Positions 9,943-20,653 are shown, numbered from the stretch's first letter. The stretch is 64,000 nt of DNA from Vulcanimicrobiota bacterium (GCA_050250895.1 JBFWNU010000004.1:494934-558933), one strand, 5' to 3'. Made by a program: numbers and translations. The notes: a model not told the origin generated them from the letters alone.

Positions 9943-12336
9943 ATGCAACCCGACTTTCTCGAGCAGCGACGACGGGTGCAAGAGACCCTCAACGAGACCG
10001 TCATCAACCGGGTCCGCTTCTTCTTTCTCAGCATCGCTCTGGTGGTGCACACCAGCAACCATTTCTACCGCTGGGCAGCGATCATCAGCCATACCTCCTT
10101 AATCGCCATCCTCTTGCTGGGTCTGGTCATGACGGTGCTGGTCGAGTCTTACCTTCGCACCGACCCGCCCTATGAAACCAAGCGTAAATTCTTGCTCTCG
10201 ACCTTTGATGTCATGTTGATCCTGGGAGCCTTTAGCACCGTGCTGGTCGACGATGGCCCGCCAGCGGTTGCGGCCATCGTGCCGCTGCCTCTGCTGGTGA
10301 TGATCACGGTGGTCTCGAGCCTGCGTTACGACCCTCGGGTGGTCCTCTACGTGGGCGGGCTCTGTGCTCTTTCCCAGCTGATTCGGGTGGTCATCTTGGC
10401 GCCACCTGGCTTCACCGTGATCATTGGACTGATGAGCGTGGTAGTGTTGGCCAGCGCCACCTTTGTGCTCAAAGTCCAGGTGGCCACCCAACTTCGCCTC
10501 TTCTCGGAGGCCATCGAGAAAGAAAAGGCCGAAGAGGCCACCCGAGCCAAATCCGAGTTTCTGGCCCACATGAGCCACGAGATTCGCACTCCCATGAACG
10601 GCATCATGGGCATGACCGAACTGGCCCTCAAGACCGACCTCGACCTATCGCAGCGAGAATACCTCAACGCCGTCAAGCAGTCGGCCGATTCGCTACTGGG
10701 CATCATCAACCAGATTCTCGATTTCTCCAAGATCGAGGCCGGCCACCTTGAACTCGACCCCATCGAGGCCGACCTTGACGAGTGCCTGGGAGACGCCCTC
10801 AAGGCGGTGGCCCTGCAAGCCCACCTCAAAGGACTCGAACTGGCCTATCACCTGCACCCCGAGGTGCCGCGCCGGGCCCTGTTCGACCCCCATCGCTTGC
10901 GCCAGATCATCATCAACCTGGTAGGCAACGGACTAAAGTTCACTCACGAGGGCAGTCTGACCGTGCGGGTCTATCCCGACGGAGAATTGCTGCACTTCGA
11001 GGTCCAGGACACCGGCATCGGCATTCCCAAAGACCGTCAGCACAAGATCTTCGAGTCGTTCTCGCAAGCCGATCGCTCGACCTCGCGACAATATGGCGGC
11101 ACCGGCCTGGGCCTGACCATCACGGCTCGTCTGATCGAGCTAATGGGCGGCCAGGTGTGGGTCGAGAGCGAGCCCGGCGAGGGCAGCATCTTCCACTTCA
11201 CGGCCGCCATCACGGCCGCAGCGCCGACCGAAGACCCGGTCGAGGAACTGGCCTGCCGCTGCCTGGCCGGCCGCCAGCTGGCGGTGGCCTGCGACCATCC
11301 CGTGCTGGCGCAGTTTCTGACCGATGCTCTGACCAGCTGGGGAGCAGAACTCGCCAGCCAGGAGGCCGACCTGACCGTGGTCGATGGTCTGGCCGCCGAA
11401 GCCGACCTGGTCTTGCTCGACTCGAGAGACCTGGCCAGCGACCTGGCCCGGGCCCGCTCGCTGAACTGCAAGAGCCATCTGGTCAAGCCTTGCAAACGCT
11501 CCGAGCTGCGAGCCGCACTGCTGCGACTGGTGGCCCCCGAGCAGGCCGCCGAATTGCTGGGTTCACCCGAGGCTGCCGAACAAACGGCCTTTCCCGGGCT
11601 GCAGGTGTTGGTCACCGACGACAATCCCATCAACCGCAAGCTGGCCCACCTGATGCTAGAAGAGCTGGGATGCCAGGTCGACGAGGCCGAGGATGGAACG
11701 GCCGCGCTGGCCAAAGCCGAGTCGAGCGAGGTGTTGTTGCTCGATATCACCATGCCCGACATGGATGGCTTTGAGTGCACTCGTCGTCTGCGCGAGAAGA
11801 TCCTCGACCGACGCCTGCCGATCGTAGCCCTCACCGCCCACGCCCTGAAGGGTTTCGAGGAAAAGTGCCTGGCCGCCGACATGGACGGCTATCTTTCCAA
11901 GCCCATCGATTCGGCCCGCCTGCGCCAGACGCTGGCTCGCTTCGCCACTCCTCAGACGGCCGCTCCCAAGCCCGCCAAGCCCACTGCCACCAGCGACGAG
12001 GTGGTCGATCTCGACACCTTGCTGGGCCGGGTGCAAGGCGACCGCGGCTTGCTGAAGATGGTGGTCGAGCAGTTTCTCGAGCTGGGCCGCCGCCAACTCG
12101 AAGCGGTGGCCGAGGCGGTCGAGGCCGGCCAGGCCCGCCAGCTGGAAGTGGCCGCCCACACCCTCAAAGGCTCGCTGCTCAACCTCAGCGCCGGCCCGGC
12201 CGCCGAGTCGGCCCGCAAACTAGAAGACCTCGGTCGCGACGGTGGTGTAGAGGGCTCGGCTCAGCTCTTGGCCGACCTGCAAGAAGACTTCGAACGGGTC
12301 TGCCGGTACCTGCAAGCGGCCACCGACGCGTCTTGA
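9943..12336 (+). CDS. Membrane hybrid sensor histidine kinase (TM-HisKA-HATPase-REC-Hpt)
   Basis: [52 protein letters not shown]. Confidence 0.93.
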   Translation: MQPDFLEQRRRVQETLNETVINRVRFFFLSIALVVHTSNHFYRWAAIISHTSLIAILLLGLVMTVLVESYLRTDPPYETKRKFLLSTFDVMLILGAFSTVLVDDGPPAVAAIVPLPLLVMITVVSSLRYDPRVVLYVGGLCALSQLIRVVILAPPGFTVIIGLMSVVVLASATFVLKVQVATQLRLFSEAIEKEKAEEATRAKSEFLAHMSHEIRTPMNGIMGMTELALKTDLDLSQREYLNAVKQSADSLLGIINQILDFSKIEAGHLELDPIEADLDECLGDALKAVALQAHLKGLELAYHLHPEVPRRALFDPHRLRQIIINLVGNGLKFTHEGSLTVRVYPDGELLHFEVQDTGIGIPKDRQHKIFESFSQADRSTSRQYGGTGLGLTITARLIELMGGQVWVESEPGEGSIFHFTAAITAAAPTEDPVEELACRCLAGRQLAVACDHPVLAQFLTDALTSWGAELASQEADLTVVDGLAAEADLVLLDSRDLASDLARARSLNCKSHLVKPCKRSELRAALLRLVAPEQAAELLGSPEAAEQTAFPGLQVLVTDDNPINRKLAHLMLEELGCQVDEAEDGTAALAKAESSEVLLLDITMPDMDGFECTRRLREKILDRRLPIVALTAHALKGFEEKCLAADMDGYLSKPIDSARLRQTLARFATPQTAAPKPAKPTATSDEVVDLDTLLGRVQGDRGLLKMVVEQFLELGRRQLEAVAEAVEAGQARQLEVAAHTLKGSLLNLSAGPAAESARKLEDLGRDGGVEGSAQLLADLQEDFERVCRYLQAATDAS

Positions 12337-12378
12337 CCCACGCACCTTCAGTGACGGCCTGAGGGTGTCTAAGCCGAG

Positions 12379-12648
12379 CTATACCTCGCTGGGGGCTTTC
12401 AGGTCCAGCGAAAGGGCGTGCACCGGTCCGGCCATCTCGTCGGCCAGAATCTGATGCACCAGACGATAGCGGGCCACCCGGTTCTTGCCTTCGAACTCGG
12501 GCGAGACGATCAGGGCGTTGAAGTGGCTCTCGCCGGTGCCGGGCGAGCCACGATGGCCGGCGTGCTGATGCGAGACGTTGTCGATGACCAACCGGGTGGG
12601 CTTGAGGGCGTCGGTGAGCTTTTGCTCCATGGTTTCTTGAACGGACAT
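12379..12648 (-). CDS. bolA: BolA family protein
   Basis: NVSHQHAGH, ESHF, VSPEFEGK.RVARYRLV, VHALSL. Confidence 0.92.
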   Translation of the reverse strand: MSVQETMEQKLTDALKPTRLVIDNVSHQHAGHRGSPGTGESHFNALIVSPEFEGKNRVARYRLVHQILADEMAGPVHALSLDLKAPSEV

Positions 12649-12719
12649 ACCCAGGCGTGCGACATCCCGAGCCCAGCACCTGCTACAGGATCCCCTCAGC
12701 CGGGCGAGAAAATAGCCCG

Positions 12720-14615
12720 ATGTCGAACTCTCTTAGCGTCAGCGGTTGGTTTGCCCAGGTCACCGGCCAAACCAGCCGTCCTGCGCCTTCGCGCCCGCCC
12801 CAGGCAGCCCGTCCCGACCGGACGGAGGTGTCGGGCCGCCGTCCCGACCGTGGGGGCATCCTCCAGCAAGCGCGCAGCCGCGTCAGCGGGTTGCTCGACG
12901 GCACCAGCGGAGCCATCGAGAGCCTGGGCCGAGGGGGCTCGCAACTGGTGCAGGGCTTCTCGGATTTTCTCGGGCGCAGCGTCTCGACTACCACGGGTGT
13001 CATCGGCGATGCCGGGGGGTTGCTAACCCGAGGGGCCACCCGAGCCGGTGCCGCGGGCCTCGAGGCAGCGGGCGCCCCCCAGGCCGCCGCCCGATTACGG
13101 GCAGCCGGAGCTACCGCTTCGCGGGCCATCGAAGGCAGCTCGCGCTCGGTCGGCCAGACGGCCTCGAGTTTCGTCAGCGGAGTGGGCGACGGCCTGGGCG
13201 GGCTCGTCGAAGGAGTGGGTACAGCCGTGGCTCATCCCATCCAGACCGCCCAGGCCATCAGCCGCCTCGATCAGCTCATCAATCCCATCAGCCAGTTGCG
13301 GGCCGTGGCCGAAGGCCGCAACCCCCTCGCCGAAAACCTGCAGACGGTGGGGGGCATCATCGAGGGAGTGCGCGAGGGTTATCGCGAGACCGGACGCGAC
13401 CACGGCACCGCCGGCCAGGTGGGTCGGGCCGTGTTTGACGTGGCCACTACCCTGGCCACCGGCGGCTCGACCACGGCCGGCCGGGTCGGCCTGCGGGCCA
13501 GCGCCAACCTGCTCGACGACTTTGCCCGCGTCAGCCGAGCCGCTGCCGAAGGGGGCGAAGTCGCTAACGCCGGCCGGTTGGCCCAATCGGCCGGCAGCTT
13601 TGTGGGGCGACGCCTCAACGGTCCGCTGGCTCCGGTGGCCGAACGCCTCACCGGGGCCGCCGAAAGCGGCTCTCAGGCCCTGGTGCGGCGAGCCCAGCGC
13701 CTGGAAGAGCGAAACCTGGCCCGCGGCCAGGCCCGGGCCGGCGAGGTTCCCGGAGCTGACGGAGCCGAAATCCTGCAATCCACCCGCCAGCAAGCCTCGG
13801 GCCTGAGTGGCCGCCTGCGCACCAGCGAGGCCCAGTGGCGGGCCGGCGGCGCCGAGCGCGAAGCCCTGGTCGAGAATCTGCCGGGGCCCACCCGCCAGCG
13901 GGTGCGCGAACTCGAGGCTCAGGGTCAGACCGACCAGGCCCTCGAGCTGCTGCAGCGCCATCAGGTCGAGGCCACCATCCGAGCCGGCCTCGATGACGTG
14001 GCCCGGGTCGACGAACTCTATCCCACCCAACTGCCGCCCGAGGTCGACGCCTCGCGCGTGCTGGCCCAGGGACGGCGCGAATCGCTCGAATTCATGCTCG
14101 ACGATCCCACCCTGAGCGCCGACGGGCTGCGCCGCAACTTCCGCCACATCGTGGGCGACAGCGACGTGACCGGCCCCGTCTACATCCAGCAATACAAAGC
14201 CGGCGATCAGGTGGGCCGCGCCTTCTCGTCGTCGGCCGGACGCGAGACCGGCATCGGCAGCAACTCGCGCCTGCAAGGCGGCTATTTCGGAGCCGTCGAT
14301 GACGCCCAGCTGTCGCGCTCGCAAATTCAGGCCCGCAACGCGGTGGGCCTCGACAATCACGCCGACCGCTTCGCCGTCTTCACCCTTCCCGAGGACACCT
14401 ATGGAGTGGTCTCGCGCATCGGCGAGCAGTTCGACCTCTACGGCCACCACGCCGTAGGAGGCAACATCCAGGTGACCTTTCCCGGCGCCGTCCAGCCCAT
14501 CAATCCTCGTGTGAGCGATGTCGGCCGTCTGTCTGCCCAGGCCCAGCGCCGGCTGGATGCGGCGGCCGCCACCGGGGCCACCGGCCAGATCACCAGCGAG
14601 CCAACGGAGGGCTAG
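12720..14615 (+). CDS. Polymorphic-toxin-like protein (low-complexity N-terminus, pre-toxin-like middle, putative ART/NADase-like C-terminal domain)
   Basis: GVGTAVAHPIQTA..GRAVFDVATTLATGG pre-toxin-like segment; C-terminal R..GGYF..S..VF.LPEDT..GEQ..GGNIQ pattern. Confidence 0.55.
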   Translation: MSNSLSVSGWFAQVTGQTSRPAPSRPPQAARPDRTEVSGRRPDRGGILQQARSRVSGLLDGTSGAIESLGRGGSQLVQGFSDFLGRSVSTTTGVIGDAGGLLTRGATRAGAAGLEAAGAPQAAARLRAAGATASRAIEGSSRSVGQTASSFVSGVGDGLGGLVEGVGTAVAHPIQTAQAISRLDQLINPISQLRAVAEGRNPLAENLQTVGGIIEGVREGYRETGRDHGTAGQVGRAVFDVATTLATGGSTTAGRVGLRASANLLDDFARVSRAAAEGGEVANAGRLAQSAGSFVGRRLNGPLAPVAERLTGAAESGSQALVRRAQRLEERNLARGQARAGEVPGADGAEILQSTRQQASGLSGRLRTSEAQWRAGGAEREALVENLPGPTRQRVRELEAQGQTDQALELLQRHQVEATIRAGLDDVARVDELYPTQLPPEVDASRVLAQGRRESLEFMLDDPTLSADGLRRNFRHIVGDSDVTGPVYIQQYKAGDQVGRAFSSSAGRETGIGSNSRLQGGYFGAVDDAQLSRSQIQARNAVGLDNHADRFAVFTLPEDTYGVVSRIGEQFDLYGHHAVGGNIQVTFPGAVQPINPRVSDVGRLSAQAQRRLDAAAATGATGQITSEPTEG

Positions 14616-15730
14616 TGGCCAGACTTCCCCGCCGTCGCCGCCAGGCCAAAGGGGGGCTGGGCGACTCTGAGACCCCCGCCCTCTACTCGCCCGCAGACGA
14701 AGACTCGCGGGCCCAGGCTCTGGGCACCCTGGGACTGCTCGACACCCCGCCCGAAGAGCGGTTCGACCGCATCTGCCGCCTGGCCCAACAGGTGATGCAG
14801 GCTCCGGCCACCTACATCTCGCTCATCGACCGCCAGCGCCAGTGGTTCAAGTCGACCTGCGGCATGGGCGAAGTCCAAGAAACCCCCCGCGAAGGAACCT
14901 TCTGCGACTATGCCATCCGGCGCAGCCGACCCACCGTGGTCCTCAACGCCACCGAGGATCCCCTCTTCGCCAAAAGTCCCTATGTAACCGAAGGCCCCAA
15001 AGTGCGCTTCTACGCCGGCTATCCCCTGGTGGTCGGGGGCCAGAGGGTGGGCACGCTATGCGCCCTCGACTTCGAGCCACGAACCGAGGTCAGCCCCGAG
15101 CAGATGGAGCAACTGGGCGACTTAGCCCGCATGGCCGAAACCGAACTCACCCGCCCCCCGGCCGACCCGCCGGGCGATGGCGCCTGGCGCGAGATCACGG
15201 TGCTGCGGGCCAACTTGCCGGGCTCGGCCGCTCTCTTCGAGCAGCTCGAGGCCGGCCTGGTACTGGCCATCCTCAACCTCTATCTCGAGGGCTTCATCGG
15301 CTTGATCCATCACTATGGGGGGACGGTCGACGATCTCTGTGGCGACACGCTGAGGGTCGCTTTCGGGCTCGAACCGCAGGCCGATCATCCGCTGCGAGCG
15401 GCCGCCTGCGCGCTGGCCATGCAAGCCGCCATGGTCGACCTCAACCAGGCCCTGGCGCAACGAAACCTTCCCCCGCTGGCCTGCGCCATCTCGCTGCACA
15501 CGGCCGAGGTGGTGGTGGGCAGTCTCGGCTCGCACGGCCTCTGGAAGCCCTCCTGGGTGGGTGACGCCCTGGCCCTGAGCGACCGCGTTCAGCCCCTGGT
15601 GGCCGGGGGCCAGATTCTCGCCTCGGAGACCACTATCGAGGCCCTCGGGCCGCTGGCCCAGCTGGGCGACGAACTCGAGCTCGACCCGCTTCCTTTCTAT
15701 CCTCTGAAGGGCCTGCGCGAGGCGCTTTGA
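14615..15730 (+). CDS. GAF + degenerate class III adenylate/guanylate cyclase
   Basis: LLDTPPEERFDRI, RFYAGYPL, GTLCALD GAF motifs; cyclase-like GDTL, SLHTAEVVVGSLGS. Confidence 0.85.
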   Translation: MARLPRRRRQAKGGLGDSETPALYSPADEDSRAQALGTLGLLDTPPEERFDRICRLAQQVMQAPATYISLIDRQRQWFKSTCGMGEVQETPREGTFCDYAIRRSRPTVVLNATEDPLFAKSPYVTEGPKVRFYAGYPLVVGGQRVGTLCALDFEPRTEVSPEQMEQLGDLARMAETELTRPPADPPGDGAWREITVLRANLPGSAALFEQLEAGLVLAILNLYLEGFIGLIHHYGGTVDDLCGDTLRVAFGLEPQADHPLRAAACALAMQAAMVDLNQALAQRNLPPLACAISLHTAEVVVGSLGSHGLWKPSWVGDALALSDRVQPLVAGGQILASETTIEALGPLAQLGDELELDPLPFYPLKGLREAL

Positions 15731-16353
15731 TCGGCGAACTGCTGCTGTATCTGATGGTCACCGATCTGCGCGAGGTAGGCGACGAAGAGCTGCGCGATTA
15801 CCTTGAAGTGATGCTGGGCCTGCTGGCCGAGAGCGACGACTCACCCGAGTTGCGCGAGCGCACCCTGGACCAGCTCGAAGCCGGCGCCCCCGACCGCGAG
15901 GCCATCGCCGCCTGGCCCGATGAATACCTCGACTTGCTGCCGCCCACCATGGCCGGCTATGACGAGGCTCTGGAGCGCTTCGACCAGCTGCTGGAAGAGC
16001 TCTTCGAAGGCGAGCAAGAGGCCACCGACCGCCTGGCGCGCTTTCGCCATTGCCTCGAGTTGCTGCAAGATTCGGGCGAGTGGCAGCAGCGGGCCGAGGC
16101 AGCCCGCGGCATCGGCGCCCTTGAAGAAGAGCTGTTCTCTTGCCGCGACGAGTACGTGGCTATTCCCATCAGCCTCGACCAATGCTCGCCCGCCTCGGTG
16201 GTCGGCCACCGCTATCTGCTCGAGGGCTTCGAGACCTGGCAAGACGCCTTTCGCCTGGCTCACGGCGGCGAACTCGACGAAGCCCTGGACACGGCCATCG
16301 AAGGCACCTGCGTCTTTCGCGCGGTCGAGCAGTGGAGCCAGCAGGCGAGTTAA
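15727..16353 (+). CDS. Acidic helical hypothetical protein
   Basis: 208-aa ORF coupled by TTGA overlap with the cyclase gene. Confidence 0.65.
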   Translation: MIGELLLYLMVTDLREVGDEELRDYLEVMLGLLAESDDSPELRERTLDQLEAGAPDREAIAAWPDEYLDLLPPTMAGYDEALERFDQLLEELFEGEQEATDRLARFRHCLELLQDSGEWQQRAEAARGIGALEEELFSCRDEYVAIPISLDQCSPASVVGHRYLLEGFETWQDAFRLAHGGELDEALDTAIEGTCVFRAVEQWSQQAS

Positions 16354-17090
16354 ACACAGGTCGAGGTGGCCTGGTTGCAGATGCCACTACCGTCGCAGCA
16401 GAGACGTCCATTGGTACCCGAGTTGCCGCAGACTTGATTGAACCCGGCTGCCGCCAGATTGATACTGCCGGCGGGACAAACGCAATCGGTGGTTCCACAA
16501 CAGGCGTAGCCGGTGCAAAAGCCGGCTACATCGTTGCAACAAGCCAGCTTCGCCTCCATACAATCGGCCGAACCGCTGGTATTGACGCAGCTCGGGTCGA
16601 CACCCGCGTTGGAGAAGCATCTCGAGCTACCGGACGCGGCATCGTCGAGCGAGAACCGGGATAAGCAGTTCCTGGCGCCGGTGCAGCCGTCGCAAGCATC
16701 ACCGCAGGTGGCCCCGGTGCAGGTGTTGCAGGCCGTGGCGGCGTTACAGGCCGAGGCGGCGGCGCCGGGGCGAGGCAGTGTCACCGAAAGGATGACCGGA
16801 AGGGCGGCGCTTTGGCGGAGAAACTCCCTGCGAGAAGTGGTCGCTGGAGTCGTCACGATCAACTCAAGGGCAGCGAACCTCTGCACTGTCCGAGCCACCA
16901 CTTCCAGGCTGCCGTCGGGCTCAGCCATGGCCTCCCAGCTATGGCCCCCGTCGCAAAGGCGGAAAATCGCTGCCGCGCGTTGATCCAGATGGTGGGCCCG
17001 TGCCGTGGCGGGATCATACACCAGGAGTTCCTGCCCTATGGCCTGTTCGACCAGATACGGGCACTTCTTCGGGTTAGCGGGTAAGCTCAT
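16350..17090 (-). CDS. PqqD/RRE domain fused to Tat-like leader and Cys-rich core (RiPP precursor-like)
   Basis: AAGGAGAG RBS; ELLVYD..AHHLDQRAAAIFRLCDG PqqD motif; SRREFL..AAAS; 22 Cys in the C-terminal ~133 aa. Confidence 0.8.
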   Translation of the reverse strand: MSLPANPKKCPYLVEQAIGQELLVYDPATARAHHLDQRAAAIFRLCDGGHSWEAMAEPDGSLEVVARTVQRFAALELIVTTPATTSRREFLRQSAALPVILSVTLPRPGAAASACNAATACNTCTGATCGDACDGCTGARNCLSRFSLDDAASGSSRCFSNAGVDPSCVNTSGSADCMEAKLACCNDVAGFCTGYACCGTTDCVCPAGSINLAAAGFNQVCGNSGTNGRLCCDGSGICNQATSTCV

Positions 17091-17183
17091 GGGCTCTCCT
17101 TAAGCAAGAAAGTGCATACGACCTTGCTTTTGCCGCTTCAGGATCGTTCTTTCCCAGGGCCGGCGTTCCTGGTCGCGAGTTTG

Positions 17184-18545
17184 TCAGCGGTTGAATGGGG
17201 TCTCGTTAATCCAGTGAAAACCACGACTGTTCAGGAGACTCTCGCGGTCGTCTCGCCGCAGCTGGACCACGATCTGGCGCCCTTCGAACTCGCCCTCGAT
17301 TTGGAGCTGATTCTCGTCCGACAAGGCAAACTGCAGGGCATACTCGTCCGGCTCGGGCGCCCCGCGCTCGTAGAGCTTTAGCTTGGAGTTTTCCATATCC
17401 AATCGCATTCGCAGGCGGCTGGTCGATCCGTCGGCCCGTAGAATCGTCAGCGAAGAGGACGGTGTGAGTCCCACTCGCAGCCAGTCCTTTGCATCCGTCC
17501 CAGAACTCTGGGGGTTCACAACGACATAGGACTCCACCTGATAGACCCCCCGCAGCGGATTCTCCAGAGCCTCCTGGCGCCCCTGAAGATAGGACACGGT
17601 GCCCCCGATCATCTGGGCGAAAAAGAGCGGCACAAAGAGGGCCTTGACCACCAGGCAGGCCCGCCGAAGCTTTGGTGAAGAGGCGCAGAAGACTCCCTGA
17701 TCACGGGCCGGAACGGGTTTGTTGGTGACAAAGAGTGCTAACAGACGGCCCCCGTCCGGCGCGGCCAGCACCAGGGCGAAAAACAGAAGATGGAACGAGT
17801 AGAGCTTGACCGGAACGTCGTAACACAGGTTGAGCACGAACACGTTGGCCATAGCGGCCGCCGTCACCAGCGAACCGAGCAGCGTGGTGCGTCGAAAAAG
17901 AAGAAGGACACCGCCGGCAACCTCAGCAGCTCCGCAGAACATCTGGTAGCCGGCACTGGCGCCCATGAAGTTCCACAGGAGTCCCATGGGTGAGGAGTCC
18001 CCGTAGGGCACCACCAGCCGGTCGGGTCCAAGCGGCGGGAACTGCCCGCCCGGAATGAGCTTCACCAGGCCGTAGCCGACCATGGCCGTGAACAGATAAT
18101 AGCGGAGGAAGACCCGATTCAGCTCGGCCACCCCCGCAGAGACTGGTGTCGCACGGCGCCACGCCCACCAGGCCAGCGCCAGGAACAAGGCCAGCCCGCC
18201 ATCCACCAGCACGTCAAAGTAGCCGGCCAGGCCATCGCCACTGCCGGTCTGTTCCAGCGAGATGACCTGCCCGGTCAGCCACTGGCCGAGGGCTTGAACG
18301 ATGGGGCCTGTAAGCTTGGCGTGCAGCCCGGCAATCCATTGGAGCGCGCTGGCCAGCCCAGACGACTCCAACCCGGGGATGGCCGTCACGACCCCCAGCA
18401 TGTCCAGCGGAAACGGTAGCATGTAGAGGAACGTGTAGAAGAGCAGAAACCGTCGAGGTAGGGTTGCGAGTCCGAGCCCGCGGGGGACGGGCTCAGCCTC
18501 TTGGCTTTCGTCGTGCGTCATCTGAGCGTAAGAAGTTCTCCCCAT
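17184..18545 (-). CDS. DoxX-like integral membrane protein
   Basis: YGLVKL, SPMGLLWNFMGAS, NLCYDVPVK, RGFHWINETPFNR motifs. Confidence 0.8.
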   Translation of the reverse strand: MGRTSYAQMTHDESQEAEPVPRGLGLATLPRRFLLFYTFLYMLPFPLDMLGVVTAIPGLESSGLASALQWIAGLHAKLTGPIVQALGQWLTGQVISLEQTGSGDGLAGYFDVLVDGGLALFLALAWWAWRRATPVSAGVAELNRVFLRYYLFTAMVGYGLVKLIPGGQFPPLGPDRLVVPYGDSSPMGLLWNFMGASAGYQMFCGAAEVAGGVLLLFRRTTLLGSLVTAAAMANVFVLNLCYDVPVKLYSFHLLFFALVLAAPDGGRLLALFVTNKPVPARDQGVFCASSPKLRRACLVVKALFVPLFFAQMIGGTVSYLQGRQEALENPLRGVYQVESYVVVNPQSSGTDAKDWLRVGLTPSSSLTILRADGSTSRLRMRLDMENSKLKLYERGAPEPDEYALQFALSDENQLQIEGEFEGRQIVVQLRRDDRESLLNSRGFHWINETPFNR

Positions 18546-18724
18546 TCGCGAAGACGACCTGGATCCACGAACGGGTGGTCAAGACCTCAAGCGCCTGAAC
18601 GAAGGCGAGCCGTCGGTCGACCTTGCCCGAGACACGGCTGGGCCGCTAGCCCAGCCAGGCCAACGGCCCGGCAGTCGGCAGTGCACGCTGCCGAATTCGG
18701 CGTACCAGGCTGCCGAGTGAAGGT

Positions 18725-18965
18725 GCGGCGACGGAGAAGTGACCCCCGCTAATAGACCTTTTCTCGCGGAGGGGGTCGCTGAGCCGTCGCCCCCGAGCGC
18801 GCTCCTTGCGTGCGCAGTTCCATCAGGTTCAACGTGGTCTGAGAACTGCGCCCGAGCCCTTTCAGTCACGCCTACGCCCTTCTCCGTTGCAGTTCTTGCT
18901 CACGTCCCGCGGCGCTGGCGAGCGCCCTTTGGGCAAAGAGCGCGCCAGCGCCCCGGTGGCGTTTC
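18725..18965. repeat. Degenerate non-coding island element, copy 1 (longest, hairpin-rich)
   Basis: Shares GAAGTG..CCTT..GCTGAGCCGTC..GCCCTTTCAG with 25004-25110 and CAGTT..TTTCAGTCA.GCCT with 24165-24262. Confidence 0.55.
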
Positions 18966-19419
18966 AGTCACTCTTGGCATTGTCCGGAATTCTCTTGCTG
19001 GAGACAACAAACCCGGTGAGTCTGCCCTTACATCCGTAGGCAGTTAAATAGCCGTCTCGAAGGATAAACTCGGTAGTGTGAATATCCTTTCTCTGGACAT
19101 CGGGGGTCGGGACACCAAATCTGCGACAGAGACCTTCAAGGTGGTCACCATCGCAAAACCGACTCCCCAGGACCTCCAGATGAGAGCCCCCGATTGATAC
19201 GGCGATTCCCGATTCAGAAAAGAAGACAGTTCGGCCGTCGCTGTATTGCCAACAACGAGAGCGTCTTTCTCGAGGTTCGCCAGCTAACTCCACGACCTGA
19301 GCGTGGGTCATTCCGATCTTTAGTTCGTCGACAATGACCGCGTTAACGTCCTGAGAGACTCGGAACGAGGCCTGTGGTGGCGTGCAACCCACCACCATCA
19401 GCATTATTGACACAATCAA
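18964..19419 (-). CDS. Putative Rhs immunity lipoprotein
   Basis: Directly downstream of Rhs toxin tip; hydrophobic N-terminus ending VVGC; LKIGMTHAQVVELAGEP (SmpA/BamE-like); lower GC. Confidence 0.65.
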   Translation of the reverse strand: MIVSIMLMVVGCTPPQASFRVSQDVNAVIVDELKIGMTHAQVVELAGEPRERRSRCWQYSDGRTVFFSESGIAVSIGGSHLEVLGSRFCDGDHLEGLCRRFGVPTPDVQRKDIHTTEFILRDGYLTAYGCKGRLTGFVVSSKRIPDNAKSD

Positions 19420-19433
19420 CGCTTGATGTCGAA

Positions 19434-20610
19434 TTACCGTCCCTCCATGTACTTCGCGACATTATGCATTTGCTGCAAAATGCGTTTATCGACCGAGCGG
19501 TTCAGAGTGTTGATATGGGGAATCAATGCCATATCGGTTTCTCTCGCCGACCAACTTTCCAGGAACCGTGACTCATCCTCCCAAACCGGGGTCTCGAGAG
19601 CGGAGATCCCCCTAGGGTCACCCAACCAATGTCCTACAATGCCAAACCATAACGAATCGAGAGTGCCCTGTCTCAACACATGACGCGCCTCGTGGAAGAG
19701 AAGAGCTGTCGTATACACAAATTCCGCTTCGTCCGCTGACCGTGAGCAATTTGATTCACTTATCCCAATATTTCGGGTAAAAGGATTTGTAAAACCGTCT
19801 GCATGCGGGTTCCCAGGCATGCGGTTGAGCCTGTCCCACTTCCAACGAGAAGCCAACACGTCGGCCTCCTTTTCATAACCGAGTGCGCGTATCTTAGCTA
19901 TCCCGCGCTGAATTGTTTCAGCGTAGCTCGGCGAGAACCCATTGGGTCTGATGGTATCCGCTCCTGGAAGTCCATCCAGACCAACCGGATCCACATAATT
20001 CACCGGATTCCCGCCAACATACCCATACAGGTTCAAGCCACCCGCAAACCCGATCGGGTCCCGAGAGAGAAATCGCCCCAGCCTGGCATCGTAATGTCGA
20101 GCCCGCATGTAAAGCAGGTTGGTGTCACCCGAGTCATCGTGCACACCAAGCCCGCCCACGAAGGTCTTTGGACTAGAGCCAGAACCCGTCTTCGTCTGCT
20201 CACCGAACTCGAGATACTCGTAGGCCGCCACCTCATCACCACTGCCGTCCACCACGATTCGCACCGAGGTTAAGCCGTCGGTCAGCAGGTAGAAGAAGTC
20301 GCCCCCGCTCTCGAAGCCCATCAACTGATGGCCCATCAGGTAGTTGAACTCCACCGGCGAGCCCACGGCCGGCGTCTCCACCTCGTTCAGTGTCGGCAAG
20401 CCAGAGTAGAAGCTCTCGGTCACCGTCTCGTCGTCGAGGATCTTGGCCTTGCGGATACCACCGGCATCATAGGTATGCAGCACCTTGGTGTCAGCCGGAC
20501 TAAAGGCCACCCGAATGAGGTTGTCCTGGTCGTCCCAGCGATAGGCGATGGTGTCGCTGGTGGCCGCGTCGGTCCGCAGCGTCATGTTACCGTCGTCGTC
20601 GCCGGTGATA
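19434..20610 (-). pseudogene. rhs: Orphan (5'-truncated) Rhs core + C-terminal toxin with HExxH motif
   Basis: LLYMRARHYDARLGRFLSRDPIGFAGGLNLYGYVGGNPVNYVDPVG; tip contains FHEARH; in-frame ATG at 20585. Confidence 0.85.
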
Positions 20611-20653
20611 TGAGCGCGCGCCGGTACTCGATTTTCAGTTAAGGAGAGAAGGC

